From positions 1 to 59,452 of the IMG/VR virus record IMGVR_UViG_3300037961_003462: a DNA stretch of 59,452 nucleotides; one strand, written 5' to 3'. The stretch is from a virus (Duplodnaviria > Caudoviricetes). Below, in pieces: positions 56,340 to 59,452 of the stretch. The position numbers were made by a program, and so were the translations under genes. A model generated the notes under the pieces. That model had not been told where the DNA came from, made no database searches, and saw only the letters and a list, made by a program, of their open reading frames with translations. How positions within the stretch are numbered: position 1 is the first letter of the stretch; every line of letters begins with the position of its first letter.

Positions 56340-57785
56340 TTAGTTCTTAAAGATAACGAAGTTGTTCGCTCCCATAACACAAAGCGCACGCTCTGATAAG
56401 AAGTGAACCTCCATTGCATCAAGATCAGAAGTTCTTACATCACCGGCAGAACCAGTCATCCAAGTTTTATATCTTCTGTCCTCAGACTCAGACGCACGAT
56501 ATCTTACGTGTAAGAACGGACGTTGAGCGTTTTTGCCAAGAATTTGGTCGTAAACAGTTGTAGAACCAGCAGGTACAAGAATACCGTTGATGTTTCCAGC
56601 TTTTACGCCTCCTCTCATAGTGGCATCGTTGAGGTATTTCCAGTCAGACTTGTAGAAGTCATATCCTCTGCGGAATCCTGTGAATCCGAGGTTCAATGCC
56701 ATCTCTTCGTCGTTGTCGAAAAGACCGTAAGAAGTACCACCTACACCATAAGAGTTCTGAGCAGCAAGCATATCATCGATGTCGAAAGAGAACTGTCTGT
56801 TTAAGAACAATACGTTTTCTTCGATAGCACCTTGCTTATCAAGAACCTGAATGATAGAGTCAAAGTCAGAAAGAGTAGTTGGGTTACCACCACTCCAAAC
56901 GTTTCCTCTATTTTCTACTGCGTGGAATAATCCTTCAGAACCACCTGTTTGTGCTAATGAAGATCCAGCAGGTAATGAAGAGTATGCAGTAGTATTAGGA
57001 GTTACAGCTGTTGTAGCACCAGAACCAGTTTCCATAGGAACAGCCTCAACCATAGCAGTCTCCAAGTAATCTTCGAAGCGAAGTCTTGTTTCGTGCTCTG
57101 ATTTTAGATACCATAGGTAACCTGTAGCACCATTCTCAGTTGTAACCTCTACCCATCCGATTTGAGCCATGTCAGAACCGTTGACAGCATATCTGTCTTT
57201 TAGAATGATTGGCTTGTTTTCGAAGATGTTATCTTCAGCTTCAATAGAGCCATCCATTCCTGTGCTTCCTTTTCCAAACTCAGAACCATAGATGAATGCA
57301 GTTACTGTAGAACCGGTAGTGATTGAAGGAGTAGCAGCATAAGCAGCAACAGTAATCGTAGCCCCAGATACACCAGTTACAATAACTTTATCAGTTTTGC
57401 TAGAGCCAGCAGCCTCATCAGCAACAACAAGAGTTTGTCCAACTCTTACCGGAACAGATGAAGGAGAACCAGCTACAACAATGTCGAATCTTGCACTAGT
57501 TGTACCAGCACTAACAAAGTTGTTCGCAGTAGCACCTTCAAATTTAACGTGGAGACGACCCTGCTCCGCCCATTTGATAAGGTCAGAGTTAGTTGGCATC
57601 TCAGCACCTACCATTCTCATAAAAGAAGCAACGCTTCTGTTTCCATATCTCTCAAATTCCTTCTCATAAGTATCAGGTAGATACTGATCTAAGAATTTGA
57701 AATCGTTGATGTAGTTAGATGCCAAAGCAACTTTACTACCGTGTGGGGTTAATGCAACAGACCCCGCCTGTAATGAACCAGCCAT
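56340..57785 (-). CDS. Major capsid protein
   Basis: 481 aa after scaffold; FERYGNRS, WAEQGRLH, GFTGFRRGYDFYK, HFLSER; followed by a strong terminator. Confidence 0.85.
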   Translation of the reverse strand: MAGSLQAGSVALTPHGSKVALASNYINDFKFLDQYLPDTYEKEFERYGNRSVASFMRMVGAEMPTNSDLIKWAEQGRLHVKFEGATANNFVSAGTTSARFDIVVAGSPSSVPVRVGQTLVVADEAAGSSKTDKVIVTGVSGATITVAAYAATPSITTGSTVTAFIYGSEFGKGSTGMDGSIEAEDNIFENKPIILKDRYAVNGSDMAQIGWVEVTTENGATGYLWYLKSEHETRLRFEDYLETAMVEAVPMETGSGATTAVTPNTTAYSSLPAGSSLAQTGGSEGLFHAVENRGNVWSGGNPTTLSDFDSIIQVLDKQGAIEENVLFLNRQFSFDIDDMLAAQNSYGVGGTSYGLFDNDEEMALNLGFTGFRRGYDFYKSDWKYLNDATMRGGVKAGNINGILVPAGSTTVYDQILGKNAQRPFLHVRYRASESEDRRYKTWMTGSAGDVRTSDLDAMEVHFLSERALCVMGANNFVIFKN

Positions 57786-57795
57786 ATTTTACTTT

Positions 57796-58908
57796 TTAGG
57801 TTTTTTTGTTAATACTTTTTATCGTTAAGCCCCTGCTTCGACCTGAGTCTACAGCACGAACTTTGAATCCTCCGTCAGAAGTTACTTTTGGCGTTTGACG
57901 AACATCCATTTTGATGTTTTTCGCACGCTTTGCGTCACCTTCTATAGCCTCGGCTCGCCCTTGCTCATAAAAGAACTTGGCGAATTTATCAGGATTCATG
58001 GCTACTGATAGTGCTCTGTGATAACCCGCAGAATCTTTAATTAACCCATCATCACCTATAAACTTACCAATGAAGTTGTATACATCAGACTGAGCCTTTT
58101 GCAAATCCTTTGCGCTACCTGGAGAAAACGTGTAGGCCTTTTCATCAATGGTGAAATCAAAACCTTTGAAATCATCACCGAAAACCTCAGAAGTTTTCTT
58201 GCTAAACCACTCGGCTCGCCTTTCCGCTTCCTGTCTCTCGTTTTTGGCACTATTAAGATACTCTCTATAATCCTCTAAAGCTTTTTTATCCTCATCAGAC
58301 AAAGATGCGCTTGACTCAAGCGGTGCCTTGTATTTTTCCCTTTGAGAATTAAAGTGTTTTTTGGCTTTAGCGAGTTCTTTTTTCCTTTCTATTTTTTTAG
58401 ACTTAATCTCTCTTTCTTCCATAGAATCCTCGTCTGTATGAAATTTATCATACATCATGTCTTCGATGTCCGAGCGATCAAGACCTTCCTCTGTCTCTGA
58501 GTAGTAGTTGAATAATAAATCATCATCATCCATGTCGTCAGAAGATTTGTTTAATCTAACAAAATCATCCATTCCTCTACCTGTCTCCTGCTTGTACTTA
58601 TAGTATGCCGCAACATCCTCAGGTAAATCTGGCGATTCACTTCTTTCAGCCACCAACTCATCAAAAGAGTCTATTTTTTTGCCATATCTTTCAGATATAT
58701 ATGAAAGAACATCTTCGTCACTAAGTGACTTTTCTTCTTTCGGTTGCTCTTCTTGTTGAACCTCCACCTCTTCTTTTACAACTTCAACAGTTTCTTCAAC
58801 CGGTTTTTCTTCATTCAAAGATTGCTCATGCTTATCTAATAGCTCCTGCTCAATCTGTTGACTTGACTTTGCCTCCTCAGAGCCAAGGTCTCTTACTTTG
58901 ATTTCCAT
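57796..58908 (-). CDS. Capsid scaffolding protein
   Basis: Very acidic helical protein between portal and capsid; FAKFFYEQG; TAATTTTG promoter element at 58924-58931. Confidence 0.7.
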   Translation of the reverse strand: MEIKVRDLGSEEAKSSQQIEQELLDKHEQSLNEEKPVEETVEVVKEEVEVQQEEQPKEEKSLSDEDVLSYISERYGKKIDSFDELVAERSESPDLPEDVAAYYKYKQETGRGMDDFVRLNKSSDDMDDDDLLFNYYSETEEGLDRSDIEDMMYDKFHTDEDSMEEREIKSKKIERKKELAKAKKHFNSQREKYKAPLESSASLSDEDKKALEDYREYLNSAKNERQEAERRAEWFSKKTSEVFGDDFKGFDFTIDEKAYTFSPGSAKDLQKAQSDVYNFIGKFIGDDGLIKDSAGYHRALSVAMNPDKFAKFFYEQGRAEAIEGDAKRAKNIKMDVRQTPKVTSDGGFKVRAVDSGRSRGLTIKSINKKT

Positions 58909-58918
58909 AAATTAAATT

Positions 58919-59452
58919 TTACTCAAAATTACTACTTTCTTCCATATTGAAATTTTCTATCATATTCGGAAAGTTTAGTTTCATTTCTTTTTTATCCTCT
59001 TCAAAATTCATTGGAGGAAGATTGTTCTTTCTTTGATTAATAAGTTTTGACTGCTGAGTGTTCTGCTTGCTTATTCTAGCTTCTTTACCAGTCTCTTTCA
59101 TTTTATCTCTGCTCTCAAGTTTAGATTCTTTAAGTTCAGCTAACTGATAGTCAAACTCAAATTGCTTTGCCATTAACATTGATCTTATCTCTGCTTCACG
59201 CATCGACTTCTCCATGTCTATTTGAGCCTTGAATTGCATTTCTCTAGCAGCCATTTGAGATTCAATTTGTTGTTTTTGCATTTCCATTTGCATAGCGGCC
59301 TGCTGTTTCTGCATTTCCATTTGAGACTTAAACTGCTGCTGCTTTTGAATGTTCTGTTGGTCTTTCTGAAGTTTTTTATTCTTCTTGACCTTTAAAAGCT
59401 GATTAGCAATTTTAGTGCTTTTCACCTCTCTTATATCAATCGCATCGTCAAG
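58919..59452 (-). CDS. Portal protein, 3' part (Q/M-rich coiled-coil barrel)
   Basis: In frame with 1-2028 through the terminal overlap. Confidence 0.85.
   Translation of the reverse strand, partial: LDDAIDIREVKSTKIANQLLKVKKNKKLQKDQQNIQKQQQFKSQMEMQKQQAAMQMEMQKQQIESQMAAREMQFKAQIDMEKSMREAEIRSMLMAKQFEFDYQLAELKESKLESRDKMKETGKEARISKQNTQQSKLINQRKNNLPPMNFEEDKKEMKLNFPNMIENFNMEESSNFE

Noticed and set aside
33317-58908. Numerous short plus-strand ORFs in the track
   Set aside because: Antisense shadows of long minus-strand structural genes.
1-59452. Stop-codon reassignment, diversity-generating retroelement, introns or inteins
   Set aside because: Genes tile densely under the standard code with all three stops used; no reverse transcriptase, template/variable repeat pair or splicing motifs were seen.

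Overview
Apparently complete (circularly permuted, 98-bp terminal overlap; unit about 59.35 kb) genome of a lytic podovirus-like phage of Bacteroidota, probably Flavobacteriia. Host inference rests on many TAnnTTTG promoters, A-rich starts without Shine-Dalgarno sequences and a BT4734/VirE-N primase. The gene set (portal, scaffold, capsid, ring and nozzle proteins, ejection proteins, GroEL/GroES) resembles Cellulophaga phi38:1-like marine phages. Minus strand: morphogenesis, lysis and chaperonin genes (33.3-59.4 kb, continuing through 1-14 kb). Plus strand: tRNA-Arg and an M23 module (14.3-16.4 kb), then early and replication genes (17.7-33.3 kb). No DNA polymerase, RNA polymerase or integrase was recognised. 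The most unusual signals are non-coding: an approximately 520-nt multi-stem RNA right after the main early promoter, two tRNA-like minihelix elements (acceptor-like stem plus T-arm) in the early transcript, a promoter-terminator-bounded approximately 50-nt RNA antisense to a start-codon region, and two spacing-conserved iteron arrays. Notable coding features are a C5 methyltransferase split over two overlapping frames, a head-spike base with two fibres sharing one N-terminal peptide, and a split nozzle gene with the endolysin between the halves. All family assignments come from motif recognition by eye; no database searches or folding programs were run.
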